Of a stretch of 64,000 nt of DNA, positions 18,274 to 28,064 are shown piece after piece. Positions within the stretch are counted from its first letter, which is position 1, and every line of letters begins with the position of its first letter. Made by a program: the position numbers and the translations under genes. Source of the DNA: an uncultured delta proteobacterium (GTDB lineage: Bacteria; Desulfobacterota; Binatia; HRBIN30; BPIQ01); contig CAVXGR010000004.1 in the NCBI GenBank assembly GCA_963761335.1, positions 32,001-96,000 on the forward strand, written 5' to 3'. The notes below the pieces were generated by a model. It was not told the origin of the DNA. It was given only the letters and a program-made list of their open reading frames with translations, and searched no databases.

Positions 18274-20604
18274 CTAGCCGAGCTCGGCGACGGTCACGCC
18301 GGCGCCGCCCTCGCCGGGCTCGCCGTCGCGGAAGCGGGCACAGTAGGGCGATGTCTCGAGGTACTGCTGCACGGCGCGGCGCAGCGCGCCGCTGCCGACG
18401 CCGTGAATGATGCGCACCGACGGATGCCCGGCGAGGGCGGCGCGGTCCAGATACGCCTCCAGGCGCTCGAGCGCCTCGCGGGCGCGCAAGCCGATCAGCG
18501 TGACCTCCAAGGGGGGCGCCTCGGACTCGGGAAGGCGCATCGACGGCGCCGCCGTCGCCGCGGTCGGGGCGCGCCCGGCGCGGCGAAGCTGGGTGAGCGG
18601 CACCTCGATGCGCATGGTGCCGCGCCGCATCCAGGCGCGCTCGCCGCTCACCGAGACCAGCTCGCCGCGAAAGCCGCCCTGCACCAGCTCGACGGTGTCG
18701 CCCGGCTGCAGTGGCCCGCTGGGCTGCGGCGCCGGCGCTGTCTCCTCTGCCTCGCGTGTGGCGATCGCGGCCGCGGCATCGTCGGCGAAACGCTCCAGCT
18801 CGCGGCGGCCGGCGCGCTGCTCGCGCAGCCCGGCGAGCAGCTGGCGGCCCTCGTCCTTGAGGCTGCGGACGAAGTCGCGGGCCGCATCCAGCTCGCTGCG
18901 CCACTTTTCGCGCCGGCGCGTCTGCAGCTCCTCGAGCAGCGCCGCCGCTTCCCGCTGGCGCTCGCCGACGGTGCGCTCGCGCCCCTCGACCTCCGCGAGG
19001 CGCTCCTCGTAGCCGCGGCGACTCGCCTCGAGTCGCTCCAGGGCGGCGTTGAGTGTCTTCGCCTCGGCCGTCTGCGCGGCGCGAGCCCGCTCGAGGACGG
19101 CAGCGGACAGCCCGAGCTGCTCGGCGATCAGGAGCGCCAGGCTTTCGCCGAGGGAGTGGTAGATGAGACGGTAGCGGGGGGCGAGAGTGGCGCGATCGAA
19201 GTCGACCGAAGCGGTGACGCAGGTGTCCTCGGTGAGCCCATAGAGCTTCACCGGGGTGTAGTGCGTGGTCGCCACCAGGCGCGCTCCCCGCCGCGCCATG
19301 GTCTGCAGCAGGCCGATCGCCAGTGCCGCGCCCTCCTCCGGATCGGTGCCGACACCGGGCTCGTCGAGCAGCACCAACGCCGGCGCCTCGACCATGCGGT
19401 CGATCTGCACCAGGTTGGCGACGTGCGCCGAGAAGGTGGAGAGATTGCGCTGGATGTTCTGCTCGTCGCCGACGTCGGCAAAGACGCCGCGCCAGCAGGG
19501 CAGGCGACTCTCTTCCTCGGCCGGGATCAGCATGCCGGTCTGCGCCATCAGGGACAGCAGACCGAGCGTCTTCAGCGCCACCGTCTTGCCGCCGGTGTTC
19601 GGGCCGGTGATCACCAGCGTCGACTTCCCGGCCGGCAGGCGAATGTCGACCGGGACGACGTCGCGCCCCGAGAACAGCAGCACCGGGTGGCGGGCGCGCC
19701 GCAGGTCGATGTCGCCCTCGCTCGGAAGCGGCTGAGTGCAGCGGTGGTGATCGGCAAAGCGGGCCTTGGCGGCGAGCACGTCGAAGGCGGTGATGGCGCC
19801 GAAGACGTCGTCGACCTCGTCGCCGCGCGAGCGGACGAGGGCGGTGAGGTCGGCGAGGATGCGGCGGATGACGCGCTCCTCCTCGCGCTCGGTCATCAGC
19901 ATGGCGTTGTTCATCTCGACCGCGAACAGCGGCTCGAGAAAGATGGTCTCGCCGGAAGCGGAGCGGTCCTGGACGATGCCCTGGAGCTTCTGTCCGTAGT
20001 GCGCCTTTACGGGGATGACGAAGCGGTTGTTGCGCAGGGTCACGTACTGCTCGGCGATGACCTCGGAGAGGGCGCCGCGGTTCACCATGCTCTCCAGTCG
20101 CCGGGTCAGCTGAGCGCGCAGCTGGCGCAGGCGGTTGCGCAGGCCGGCGAGCTCGTCGCTGGCATCGTCGCGCACCGTGCCGTCCTCGTCGAGGGCGCGC
20201 GCCAGCACGTCCTCGATCTCACGCAGGGGGTGGAGGCGGGCGGCGAGCGCCGCCAGCGCCGGGGTGCGCTCGCGCCGCTGGCGCAGGAAGTCGCCGAGCT
20301 CGCGGCCGGCGGTGAGCACCCGCCGCACCTCCACGAGCCGCGCCCCGTCGAGGACAAAGCCCTCGTGCGCCGCCGTCTTCAGGTGCTCGCGGATATCCGG
20401 CACGCCGGTGCCGGGGAGCACGCCATCGGTCTGCAGCAGCCGAAAGACCTGCCAGGTCTGCTCCAGCGAGCCCGCCACCTCGGCCGGCTCCGGCATCGGC
20501 CGCAGCGCCGCGCAGGCGGCCGCCCCCGCAGGTGATTGCGCGAGCTCGGCAAGCCGCGCCAGCACCCGGGGGTACTCGAGGGCGTCCAGATCGTGTGGCC
20601 GCAC
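18274..20604 (-). CDS. mutS2: Endonuclease MutS2
   Basis: ITGPNTGGKT Walker A, NLSTFSAH, LLDEPGVGTDP, ATTHY, and a C-terminal Smr domain (IIHGVGSGALR). Confidence 0.95.
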   Translation of the reverse strand: MRPHDLDALEYPRVLARLAELAQSPAGAAACAALRPMPEPAEVAGSLEQTWQVFRLLQTDGVLPGTGVPDIREHLKTAAHEGFVLDGARLVEVRRVLTAGRELGDFLRQRRERTPALAALAARLHPLREIEDVLARALDEDGTVRDDASDELAGLRNRLRQLRAQLTRRLESMVNRGALSEVIAEQYVTLRNNRFVIPVKAHYGQKLQGIVQDRSASGETIFLEPLFAVEMNNAMLMTEREEERVIRRILADLTALVRSRGDEVDDVFGAITAFDVLAAKARFADHHRCTQPLPSEGDIDLRRARHPVLLFSGRDVVPVDIRLPAGKSTLVITGPNTGGKTVALKTLGLLSLMAQTGMLIPAEEESRLPCWRGVFADVGDEQNIQRNLSTFSAHVANLVQIDRMVEAPALVLLDEPGVGTDPEEGAALAIGLLQTMARRGARLVATTHYTPVKLYGLTEDTCVTASVDFDRATLAPRYRLIYHSLGESLALLIAEQLGLSAAVLERARAAQTAEAKTLNAALERLEASRRGYEERLAEVEGRERTVGERQREAAALLEELQTRRREKWRSELDAARDFVRSLKDEGRQLLAGLREQRAGRRELERFADDAAAAIATREAEETAPAPQPSGPLQPGDTVELVQGGFRGELVSVSGERAWMRRGTMRIEVPLTQLRRAGRAPTAATAAPSMRLPESEAPPLEVTLIGLRAREALERLEAYLDRAALAGHPSVRIIHGVGSGALRRAVQQYLETSPYCARFRDGEPGEGGAGVTVAELG

Positions 20605-20777
20605 CCGCGGAGTATGGCCCAGCCGTTTCGAGGCGGCAAGCTGGGCTGCGCCGACGATCGTGGAGATCCAGGGAGGCTCGTTTTGCTTTCCCCCCGCCCC
20701 TCGTCTACCGTACCCCTCGCCATGAGACCCGCCCGCGGCGCTCCGTCATCGCCGCCGCCGATCCTTTGCGCGCTGCC

Positions 20778-21839
20778 GTGATCCAGGGGACACCGCCGAG
20801 AGCTCGACTCGAGGTTGGCAGTACTTCGGAGAGGCGCCGGCTCTGGTTGTGGATTGCGGCGCTCGCAATGCTCGCCGCCTTCTGCGGTTGCCGCTCTGGC
20901 GCCAAGCCCAAGCCGCGGGCGGCCAGGATCACCTTCGATCAGAAGCAGTACTCGTTCGGAACCGTGGCGCAGGGGACGAAGGTGACGCACAGCTTCTTCT
21001 TCCGCAATGCCGGCGGCGCCGGTCTGGTCGTCGACGGCGTGCGCAGCGCCTGTGGTTGCACCGCGGCGGTGGTCGCCGAGGATGTGGTCGAGCCGGGGCA
21101 GACGGCCGCCGTGCGGGTCACCCTCGACACCAATGGCCTCGCCGGTTCCGAGAGCAGGACGGTGACCGTCTACTCGAGCGATCCGAGCCATCCGGTGACG
21201 ACTCTCACGCTGACGGGCACGATCGAGGCGGCGGTGAAGGTGGAGCCGGCCGAGCTGTACGCCGGGCGCCTCGGTCGTGGCGCTGCCGTGCGGCAGCCGG
21301 TCGACGTCGTGCTGCTCGACGACGACGTCGAGGTGACCGCGGTGCGCAGCCCCGGCTCCGTGCTCGATCTCCTGGTCAGCGATCTGGACGGAGACCAGCG
21401 CGGCAAGCGACTGAGCTTTCGCATCGATCCGCACGCCGCCTTGGGTCCGTTTGCGGAGGAGGTGCACGTCGCCACTTCCAGTGCCGCGGCCCCCGATCTT
21501 CTCGTTCCGGTGGTGGGCGTCGTCGAGGGCGATCTCACCGTCTCCCCGCCGCGGGTGACCCTGGGCACGCTGCGTGAGGACGAGCAGCCGTCGCAGGTGC
21601 TGGTGCTGCGCAACCGCGGCGCGCAACCTGTGCATCTCCAATTGGGGAGCGGGACTCCGACCTGGGTCCAGGTGACCATCGAGACGGTGGAGGCGGGGCA
21701 CGAGTATCACCTGCACGTGCGCCCCCGTCCGCCGTTGCCTTCCGGTCGTCTCGAGGGCGACGTCGAGATCGACACCGATGACGCGGATCAGCCGCGTCTC
21801 TTGCTGCCGATCACCGGCGCCGTGCACGAGAAGAGGTGA
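20778..21839 (+). CDS. DUF1573-domain exported (lipo)protein with Ig-like repeats; start uncertain
   Basis: YSFGTV, F.F.N.G, SACGCTA motif; hydrophobic segment ending AAFCGC. Confidence 0.7.
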   Translation: MIQGTPPRARLEVGSTSERRRLWLWIAALAMLAAFCGCRSGAKPKPRAARITFDQKQYSFGTVAQGTKVTHSFFFRNAGGAGLVVDGVRSACGCTAAVVAEDVVEPGQTAAVRVTLDTNGLAGSESRTVTVYSSDPSHPVTTLTLTGTIEAAVKVEPAELYAGRLGRGAAVRQPVDVVLLDDDVEVTAVRSPGSVLDLLVSDLDGDQRGKRLSFRIDPHAALGPFAEEVHVATSSAAAPDLLVPVVGVVEGDLTVSPPRVTLGTLREDEQPSQVLVLRNRGAQPVHLQLGSGTPTWVQVTIETVEAGHEYHLHVRPRPPLPSGRLEGDVEIDTDDADQPRLLLPITGAVHEKR

Positions 21840-21842
21840 GCG

Positions 21843-22760
21843 GTGACGCCGGCGGCACCCCGTTTCGATGCGGTGGGTATCGGCTTCAACACCATGGATC
21901 ACCTGTGCGTGATCTCGCGGCACGTGCGTCTCGATTCCAAGCAGCGCATGGTGGCCTTCGATCACCAGCCGGGCGGGCAGGTACCCACGGCACTGGTGGC
22001 GTTGCAGCGCTGGGGCATGCGCACCAGCTACATCGGCAGCTTCGGCGACGATGCCGGCGGCGTCGAATCGCGGTGCTCACTGGCGGCGGAGGGGGTGGAT
22101 CTGAGTGGTGCGGTGGTGCGGCCCGGCCTGCGCAACCAGGAGTCGGTGATCCTCATCGACGAGCTCTCGGGTGAGCGCTCGGTGCTGTGGCAGCGTCCCG
22201 AGGGTCTGGCGCTGCACCGTGACGAGCTGTCGCCGGATCTCATCCGCGGGGCCCGCTTGCTCCTGCTCGATGCCTACGACATGGAGGCGTCGCTGGCCGC
22301 GGCGCGCTGGGCGAAGGAGGCGGGCGCGATTCTCATGCTCGACATCGACTTCCCGTCGCCCGGAGTCGACGAGCTTCTGGCGCTCACCGACCTGCTGGTG
22401 GTTTCGCCGGAGTTCCCTCTGCGACTCAGCGGCCAGAGCGATCTGCGGCGTGCCCTGCGCGACACGGCGCGCCGCGGCCCGCGCCTCTGCGCCGTCACCC
22501 TCGGGTCGGGCGGCGCCCTGGCGCTGGAGGGCGGCCGCTTCACCTTCGTCCCCGCCTTTCGCGTCGACGTCGTCGATTCGACCGGCGCCGGCGACATCTT
22601 TCACGCAGGCTGTGCCTACGCGGCGCTGTGCGGCTGGGCGACGGCGGAGATGCTTCGCTTCGCCGCCGCGGCGGCGGCACTCAAGTGCGAGAAGCTCGGC
22701 GGACGCCCCGGCATTCCGTCCCTGGCGCGGGCGATGAGCCTGGCGGGGACGGCGCCCTGA
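21843..22760 (+). CDS. PfkB-family carbohydrate kinase
   Basis: PGGQ, GSFGDD, VTLGSGG, VVDSTGAGDIF. Confidence 0.92.
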   Translation: MTPAAPRFDAVGIGFNTMDHLCVISRHVRLDSKQRMVAFDHQPGGQVPTALVALQRWGMRTSYIGSFGDDAGGVESRCSLAAEGVDLSGAVVRPGLRNQESVILIDELSGERSVLWQRPEGLALHRDELSPDLIRGARLLLLDAYDMEASLAAARWAKEAGAILMLDIDFPSPGVDELLALTDLLVVSPEFPLRLSGQSDLRRALRDTARRGPRLCAVTLGSGGALALEGGRFTFVPAFRVDVVDSTGAGDIFHAGCAYAALCGWATAEMLRFAAAAAALKCEKLGGRPGIPSLARAMSLAGTAP

Positions 22761-22812
22761 CCGCGTCAATCTCCTTCCCGCCGTCGAGGCGATTCGCTAT
22801 GCACGATGGGGA

Positions 22813-23165
22813 CAGTGCGTCATGAGCCTCACGGCTCACCAATAGACGATGAAAATGAGGCTGGGGATCTGCGCCGGCAAGAGACTTGGAGGTTCTCGCC
22901 CGGCTGAAGTTCGCCCCGGAGGGGCGGTGGTGTGTAGCCCCGGGTGAAACCCGGGGAAAAATGCCGCTGGGTGCGTGGGAAGCTCATCGAGGTGATTCAC
23001 GCGGCCTCTACGCCCGCGCCCCTGCGGGGCGCTGATCTGGGCCAATCGGAACGCGGTCCCCGGGTTGACACCCGGGGCTACATGCCTGCGCCCCTCCGGG
23101 GCGATAAGCCTCCACGCCAAGCGCCGGTGCGCTCCGCCAGACCTTCACCCAACAGATTTTCGAAG
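22813..23165 (-). mobile_element. Non-autonomous REP-carrying element (internally deleted copy) inserted in a GGGGACAGGC REP
   Basis: GGGGA-CAG-[element]-CAG-GCAACTTTTGCG...GCAAAAGTAGCCTGTCCCC; the host hairpin spans 22808-23232. Confidence 0.85.
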
Positions 23166-23291
23166 CAGGCAACTTTTGCGGCGGAGCCCGAAGTGTCGAC
23201 GTGATCTCGAAGAGCAAAAGTAGCCTGTCCCCAACGCCTCGTCCCCAACGCCTCCTTCCCGCCCCCGGCGCAATTCGCTATGACCGCCCTT

Positions 23292-24320
23292 ATGGAACCG
23301 GCGGAGATGCGCGAACGGCTCGGGGCGTTCATTGCCGCGCAGACCGGTGCCGGCGCCGTGAGCATCGAGGGTCTGGGGCGCTTGCCCGGCGGTGCCTCGC
23401 GCGAGACCTGGTCGTTCGATGCCGTCTTCGATGCGGGATCCGGGCCGCAGCGCCTGGCGCTGGTGCTGCGCCGCGATCCCGGTCGCACCACCATGGACAC
23501 CAGTCGCCGGGAGGAGTTCGTGCTGCATCAGGCGCTGCGCGCCGAGGGCGTGCCGGTGCCGCGCGTCTACTGGCTCGCGGATGAGGCCGACACCCTCGGC
23601 GCTCGCTTCTTCGTCATGGAGCGCATCGACGGCGAGACCCTGGCGCGGCGACTGCTGCGCGACCCGGAGTACGCGCGGGCGCGGCAGGTGATGACGGCGC
23701 AGCTCGGAGGCATCCTGGCGCGGATCCATGCCGTCGATCGGCATCGCCACCGGCTCGACTTCCTTCCCGAGCCGCCGCCCGACGAGTCGCCGGCGGCCGC
23801 GGAGGTCGAGCGCTACGATCAGATCTACCGCATGGTCGCTGCCGATCCTCATCCGGTGATCGAGATCGCCCTGCGCTGGCTGCGGCAGAACCTGCCGGCG
23901 GGAGTGCAGCGGACGCTGGTCCACGGCGACTTTCGTATCGGCAACGTCATCTTCGGCCCTGAGGGCGTGCGCTCGATTCTCGACTGGGAGCTGGCTCATG
24001 TCGGCGATCCGATGGAGGACCTCGGCTGGATGTGCGTGCGCTCCTGGCGCTTCGGCAGCGACGACAAGCCGGTGGGCGGCATCGGCGAGCGCCGCGAGCT
24101 GTTCACCGCCTATGAGGAGGCGGGCGGCAGGCAGGTGGACGCCGAACGGGTGCGCTTCTGGGAGGTGTTCGGAAACTTGAAGTGGGGAATCATCACCATC
24201 AGCCAGGCGCGCACCTATCTCGAGGGCGGGGTGCGCAGCGTCGAGCTCGCCAGCCTGGGACGGCGCACGGCGGAGATGGAGCTGGAGCTTCTCGATCTGA
24301 TCGACGGGGGTGCTGGATGA
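23292..24320 (+). CDS. APH/phosphotransferase family protein (ACAD10/11-like kinase)
   Basis: GGASRETW, FFVMERIDG, LVHGDFRIGN, LDWELAHVGDPMEDLGW. Confidence 0.9.
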   Translation: MEPAEMRERLGAFIAAQTGAGAVSIEGLGRLPGGASRETWSFDAVFDAGSGPQRLALVLRRDPGRTTMDTSRREEFVLHQALRAEGVPVPRVYWLADEADTLGARFFVMERIDGETLARRLLRDPEYARARQVMTAQLGGILARIHAVDRHRHRLDFLPEPPPDESPAAAEVERYDQIYRMVAADPHPVIEIALRWLRQNLPAGVQRTLVHGDFRIGNVIFGPEGVRSILDWELAHVGDPMEDLGWMCVRSWRFGSDDKPVGGIGERRELFTAYEEAGGRQVDAERVRFWEVFGNLKWGIITISQARTYLEGGVRSVELASLGRRTAEMELELLDLIDGGAG

Positions 24321-24703
24321 ATGACCGTCCGACGGCGGTGGAGCTGCTCGAGGCCGTGCGCCACTTCCTCGAGACCGACGTGGTGCCGGCCCTCGAGGGG
24401 ACGCGCAAGTTCCACGCCCGCGTCGCCGCCAACCTGATGTCCGTCCTGGCGCGCGAGTGGGAGCTCGAGGAGCCACAGCTCGACGCCGAATGGGAGCGCC
24501 TCGCGGCACTGCTCGGCGGCGCCGAGCAGCGGCCGGTGCCGCGCGCCGAGCGGCGCGCGGCGGTGCGCGCCCTCAGCGAGCGGCTCTGCGAGCGAATCCG
24601 CGCCGGCGACGCCGATGCCGGCCCCTGGCGGCGCCAGGTGCTCGAGCACCTGCGCCGGACCGGGCGCGACAAGCTCGCCGTCTCCAACCCGAAGTTCGTT
24701 TGA
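24317..24703 (+). CDS. DUF6285-like protein (usual partner of the APH kinase)
   Basis: MNDRPTAVELLEAVRHFL...FHARVAAN...KLAVSNP; ATGA overlap with the upstream gene. Confidence 0.75.
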   Translation: MNDRPTAVELLEAVRHFLETDVVPALEGTRKFHARVAANLMSVLAREWELEEPQLDAEWERLAALLGGAEQRPVPRAERRAAVRALSERLCERIRAGDADAGPWRRQVLEHLRRTGRDKLAVSNPKFV

Positions 24704-24839
24704 GGAGCGCCGCCAGACTGGGAGCGCGGCCGTCCCGGCCGCAAGTGGCTGTCAAAGAGCAGAGGCGGCCAAGATGGCTGCGTACCAGCAGGCCGCTGCC
24801 TGCTTGACGGCCGCGGCAGCGAACCGCCATCATCGGCGC

Positions 24840-25721
24840 GTGGAGATCACGCCCGAGACCGTTCGCGACGGCCTGCGCCGCTCGCGCTACATCACCACCG
24901 AGCGCGTCGAGACGGTGCTCTATCTGGCGCTGGTGCTGGAGAAGCCGCTGCTGATCGAAGGGCCGGCCGGGGCCGGCAAGACGGAGATCGGCAAGGTGTT
25001 GGCCGAGACCCTGCACACCGATCTCATCCGCCTGCAGTGCTACGAGGGGCTCGACGAGGCCAAGGCGCTCTATGAGTGGAACTACCAGAAGCAGCTCCTC
25101 CGCATCCAGGGAGACCGCGCCCAGGACCTCACCTGGGACGAGGTCGAGCAGCACATCTTCTCGCGCGAGTACCTGCTCGAACGTCCCCTGCTGCGCGCCG
25201 TCTCCTCCCCGCAGCGCGCCGTTCTGCTGATCGACGAGATCGACAAGGCGGACGAGGAGTTCGAGGCCTTCCTCCTCGAGCTGCTCTCGGACTTCCAGGT
25301 GAGCGTGCCGGAGCTGGGGACCATTCGCGCCGCGCACCGCCCGGTGGTGGTGCTGACCTCGAACCGCGCCCGCGAGCTGTCGGAGGCGCTCAAGCGGCGC
25401 TGCCTCTATCTCTGGCTCGATTTCCCCGGGATCGAGAAGGAGCGCGAGATCGTCGCTCTCAAGGTTCCCGAGCTCGAGCCGCGGCTCCAGGAGCAGGTGG
25501 CGCGCTTCGTCAACGCCCTCCGCAAGCTCGACCTGCGCAAGGCGCCGAGCATCGCCGAGACCCTCGACTGGGCGCGGGCACTCAAGGCGCTCGGCGTCAA
25601 GGAGCTCGACAGCGCCGCCGTGCGGCAGACGCTCAACCTGGTGCTCAAGCACGAAGAGGACCTGCGCAAGGCCGAGGCGAAGACGGGCGCGCTCATCTCG
25701 GCGGCGCAGAAGACTGCGTGA
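24840..25721 (+). CDS. MoxR-family AAA+ ATPase (CoxD-like)
   Basis: EGPAGAGKT, RLQCYEGLDEAKALYEWNY, LLIDEIDKAD, LSEALKRRC. Confidence 0.93.
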   Translation: MEITPETVRDGLRRSRYITTERVETVLYLALVLEKPLLIEGPAGAGKTEIGKVLAETLHTDLIRLQCYEGLDEAKALYEWNYQKQLLRIQGDRAQDLTWDEVEQHIFSREYLLERPLLRAVSSPQRAVLLIDEIDKADEEFEAFLLELLSDFQVSVPELGTIRAAHRPVVVLTSNRARELSEALKRRCLYLWLDFPGIEKEREIVALKVPELEPRLQEQVARFVNALRKLDLRKAPSIAETLDWARALKALGVKELDSAAVRQTLNLVLKHEEDLRKAEAKTGALISAAQKTA

Positions 25722-26818
25722 AGCAGCGCCTAGTCGGCTTCGTCGAGGCGCTGCGCGGTGCGGGCGTCGCCTGCAGCGTCAGCGAGAGCCTCGACGCCGT
25801 CGCCGCCGTCTCCGCCGCGGGCGTCGAGCGGCGGGTGATGCGCGAGGCGCTGGCAGCGACGCTGGTGAAGGACCACGCCGATCGCCCGACCTTCGACGAG
25901 GTGTTCGAACGCTACTTCGCGGTACCGGGACGACAGCGCGGCAAAGGCCAGCGGCCGCAGCCTTCGGAGGAGGGCGAGGGCCGCGGGCACGGGGAGGGCG
26001 AGGGCAGGGGAGAGCCGCGCCGCGATGGCAAGGTCGGCCGCGCGGCGCAGGAGCGGCGACAGCACGAGTCCCGCCCGGCACAGCTGCTGGCACATCGGCG
26101 GGCGCTGCGCAGCCGTCCATTTCGGGAGATGAGCGGCCGCGAGGTGGAGGAGGCGGAAGAGCTGCTCGAGGAGATCGGGCGGCGCTTTCGCAGCCGCTGG
26201 TCGCGGCGGCGGCGGCGCGCCACACGCGGCCGTCTCGACATGCGGCGCACGATTCGCCGCGCCATGGGGCGCGGCGGCGTACCCCTCGAGCTGCTGCTGC
26301 GCCGGCCGCGGCCGGGGAAGAGCAACCTCGTGGCCCTCGTCGATCTCTCGCACTCGACGGAGACGGCCGCCCGCTTTCTTCTGGCCCTGCTGGCGCCGGC
26401 GCGGCGCTTCTTCCGCCGCGTCACCATGCTTGCCTACGTGGATGCCTGCGTCGAGGTCTCGTTCGAGAGCGGCCACGTGGTGCCCCATGCGGGGCTCGAC
26501 CTGCAGGCGCGCTCCGACTTCGGGCGCGTTCTGGAGCAGGTGGGCGCCGCCTACGGGGCCGAGGTCGACCGCGACACGGTGTTCCTCGTGCTCGGCGATG
26601 CGCGCAACAACCGCCGCCCGCCGCGCATCGATCTGCTGGCGCGCCTGCACCGCCAGGCGCGCACCGTCGTGTGGCTCAACCCCGACCCGCCGGAGCGCTG
26701 GAACACCGGCGATAGCGTCATGGCCACCTACGCGCGCGAGATAGACGTGCTGCTTGCGGCGCACGATCTGCGCAGCCTCGAAGCGGCGCTGTCGCGCCTG
26801 GTGAGAGCCGCCGCCTGA
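25718..26818 (+). CDS. VWA-domain protein (CoxE-like)
   Basis: GRLDMRRTIR, VDLSHS (MIDAS-like), LGDARNN, WLNP, WNTGDS; GTGA overlap with the MoxR gene. Confidence 0.88.
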   Translation: MKQRLVGFVEALRGAGVACSVSESLDAVAAVSAAGVERRVMREALAATLVKDHADRPTFDEVFERYFAVPGRQRGKGQRPQPSEEGEGRGHGEGEGRGEPRRDGKVGRAAQERRQHESRPAQLLAHRRALRSRPFREMSGREVEEAEELLEEIGRRFRSRWSRRRRRATRGRLDMRRTIRRAMGRGGVPLELLLRRPRPGKSNLVALVDLSHSTETAARFLLALLAPARRFFRRVTMLAYVDACVEVSFESGHVVPHAGLDLQARSDFGRVLEQVGAAYGAEVDRDTVFLVLGDARNNRRPPRIDLLARLHRQARTVVWLNPDPPERWNTGDSVMATYAREIDVLLAAHDLRSLEAALSRLVRAAA

Positions 26819-26827
26819 GAACAAGGG

Positions 26828-26875
26828 AGAAGCGCCGTTCCGGCGCTTCCGGAAGCGGCGAGACGCCGCTTCTAC
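26828..26875. repeat. GTAG-type REP doublet (same family as 3435-3483)
   Basis: AGAAGCGCCGTTCCGGCGCTTCC-GGAAGCGGCGAGACGCCGCTTCTAC. Confidence 0.8.
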
Positions 26876-26958
26876 CTTGGGCCGCCCTCGCCGCTGGAAT
26901 TCCGGCGGGGGAGGTGCATGAATCCTTGTGCAAATCTGCGATCATCCAGAGGAGACCC

Positions 26959-27816
26959 ATGCGATTGATCACGTTTGAAAGTGGAGGCCAGCGCCGTATC
27001 GGGGCGCAGACCGCGAGCGGCATCGTCGATCTCGCGGTCGCCGCACCGGCGCTGCCGCGCACGGCGATCGAGCTGCTCGCCGCCGGGCCGCGGGCGATGA
27101 AGACGGCGATCGCCGCCAGTGCACGGGCACGGGAGGACGGTGTCGGGCTGATGGCCGCGGCCGGCGTGCGGCTGTGCGCGCCCATTCCGCGGCCCGGCAA
27201 GATTCTCGGTATCGGCCTCAACTACCGGGACCACGCCGCCGAGACCGGACGGCCGACGCCGGAGGTGCCGCTGGTCTTTTCGAAGGCGGTGACCGCCGTC
27301 ATCGGGCCGGGGGACGCCATCGTCATTCCTCCGGTGTCGTCGGCGATCGATTTCGAGGGCGAGCTGGCGGTGGTCATCGGCCGCACGGCGCGCCGCGTGT
27401 CCGCTTCCGCCGCTCTGGCACACGTCGCCGGCTATACCGTGATGCTCGACATCACGGCGAGGGACTATCAGCAACGCAGCGGCCACTGCATGGGCAAGTC
27501 GTTCGACACCTTTGCGCCGATGGGCCCGGTGCTGGTCACCGCCGAGGAGATCGCCGACCCCGCCGGCCTGTCGTTGCGCACCACGGTGAGCGGCGAGCTC
27601 ATGCAGCAGTCCGACACCGGGCAGCTGATCTTCGGGGTGCCGCAGCTGATCGAGTACATCTCCGCCGGGGTAACCCTCGAGCCCGGAGACGTGATCACCA
27701 CCGGCACCCCGGCCGGCGTCGGCTTCGCCCGCCGCCCGCCGCGCTTCCTGCGCGCCGGCGACACGGTGCGCGTCGAGATCGAGAGTATCGGGGTCCTGGA
27801 AAATCCGGTGGTGTGA
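26959..27816 (+). CDS. Fumarylacetoacetate hydrolase family protein
   Basis: KILGIGLNYRDHAAE, DFEGELAVVIG, GKSFDTF, PGDVITTGTPAGVG; SD GAGGAG upstream. Confidence 0.93.
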   Translation: MRLITFESGGQRRIGAQTASGIVDLAVAAPALPRTAIELLAAGPRAMKTAIAASARAREDGVGLMAAAGVRLCAPIPRPGKILGIGLNYRDHAAETGRPTPEVPLVFSKAVTAVIGPGDAIVIPPVSSAIDFEGELAVVIGRTARRVSASAALAHVAGYTVMLDITARDYQQRSGHCMGKSFDTFAPMGPVLVTAEEIADPAGLSLRTTVSGELMQQSDTGQLIFGVPQLIEYISAGVTLEPGDVITTGTPAGVGFARRPPRFLRAGDTVRVEIESIGVLENPVV

Positions 27817-27860
27817 ACCCGTTTTGCCCAACGAATCGGGCCCACGGTGCCGTCGCCGAA

Positions 27861-27950
27861 GGTTGTTAGGTTGTTGCGTTGTTGGTTGTTGGTTGTTGGT
27901 AAGAAGGGGTGAACTGACCTGACAACCTAACAACGTAGCAACCAACAACC
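27861..27950. repeat. GTTGTTAG / CAACAAC inverted short-repeat array
   Basis: GT arm, then the core TAAGAAGGG, then the CA arm. Closely related in reverse orientation to 63610-63691. Confidence 0.8.
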
Positions 27951-28064
27951 CGCCCGCAGCTATCGTTCATCCTGTTGGGCAAAGCCGGTGTGAACCCTCG
28001 CCCCGCCGCTTGGCGTATCGGTGGTTCTTGCGTTAGGCTGCGCGGACGTCCACAGGAGAGTGAG

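Noticed and set aside
23292..24320. Aminoglycoside resistance gene
   Set aside because: The motifs and the DUF6285-like partner fit the ACAD10/11-type metabolic kinase subgroup.
24840..26818. CO dehydrogenase gene cluster
   Set aside because: Only the generic CoxD/CoxE-like chaperone pair is present; there is no coxLMS.
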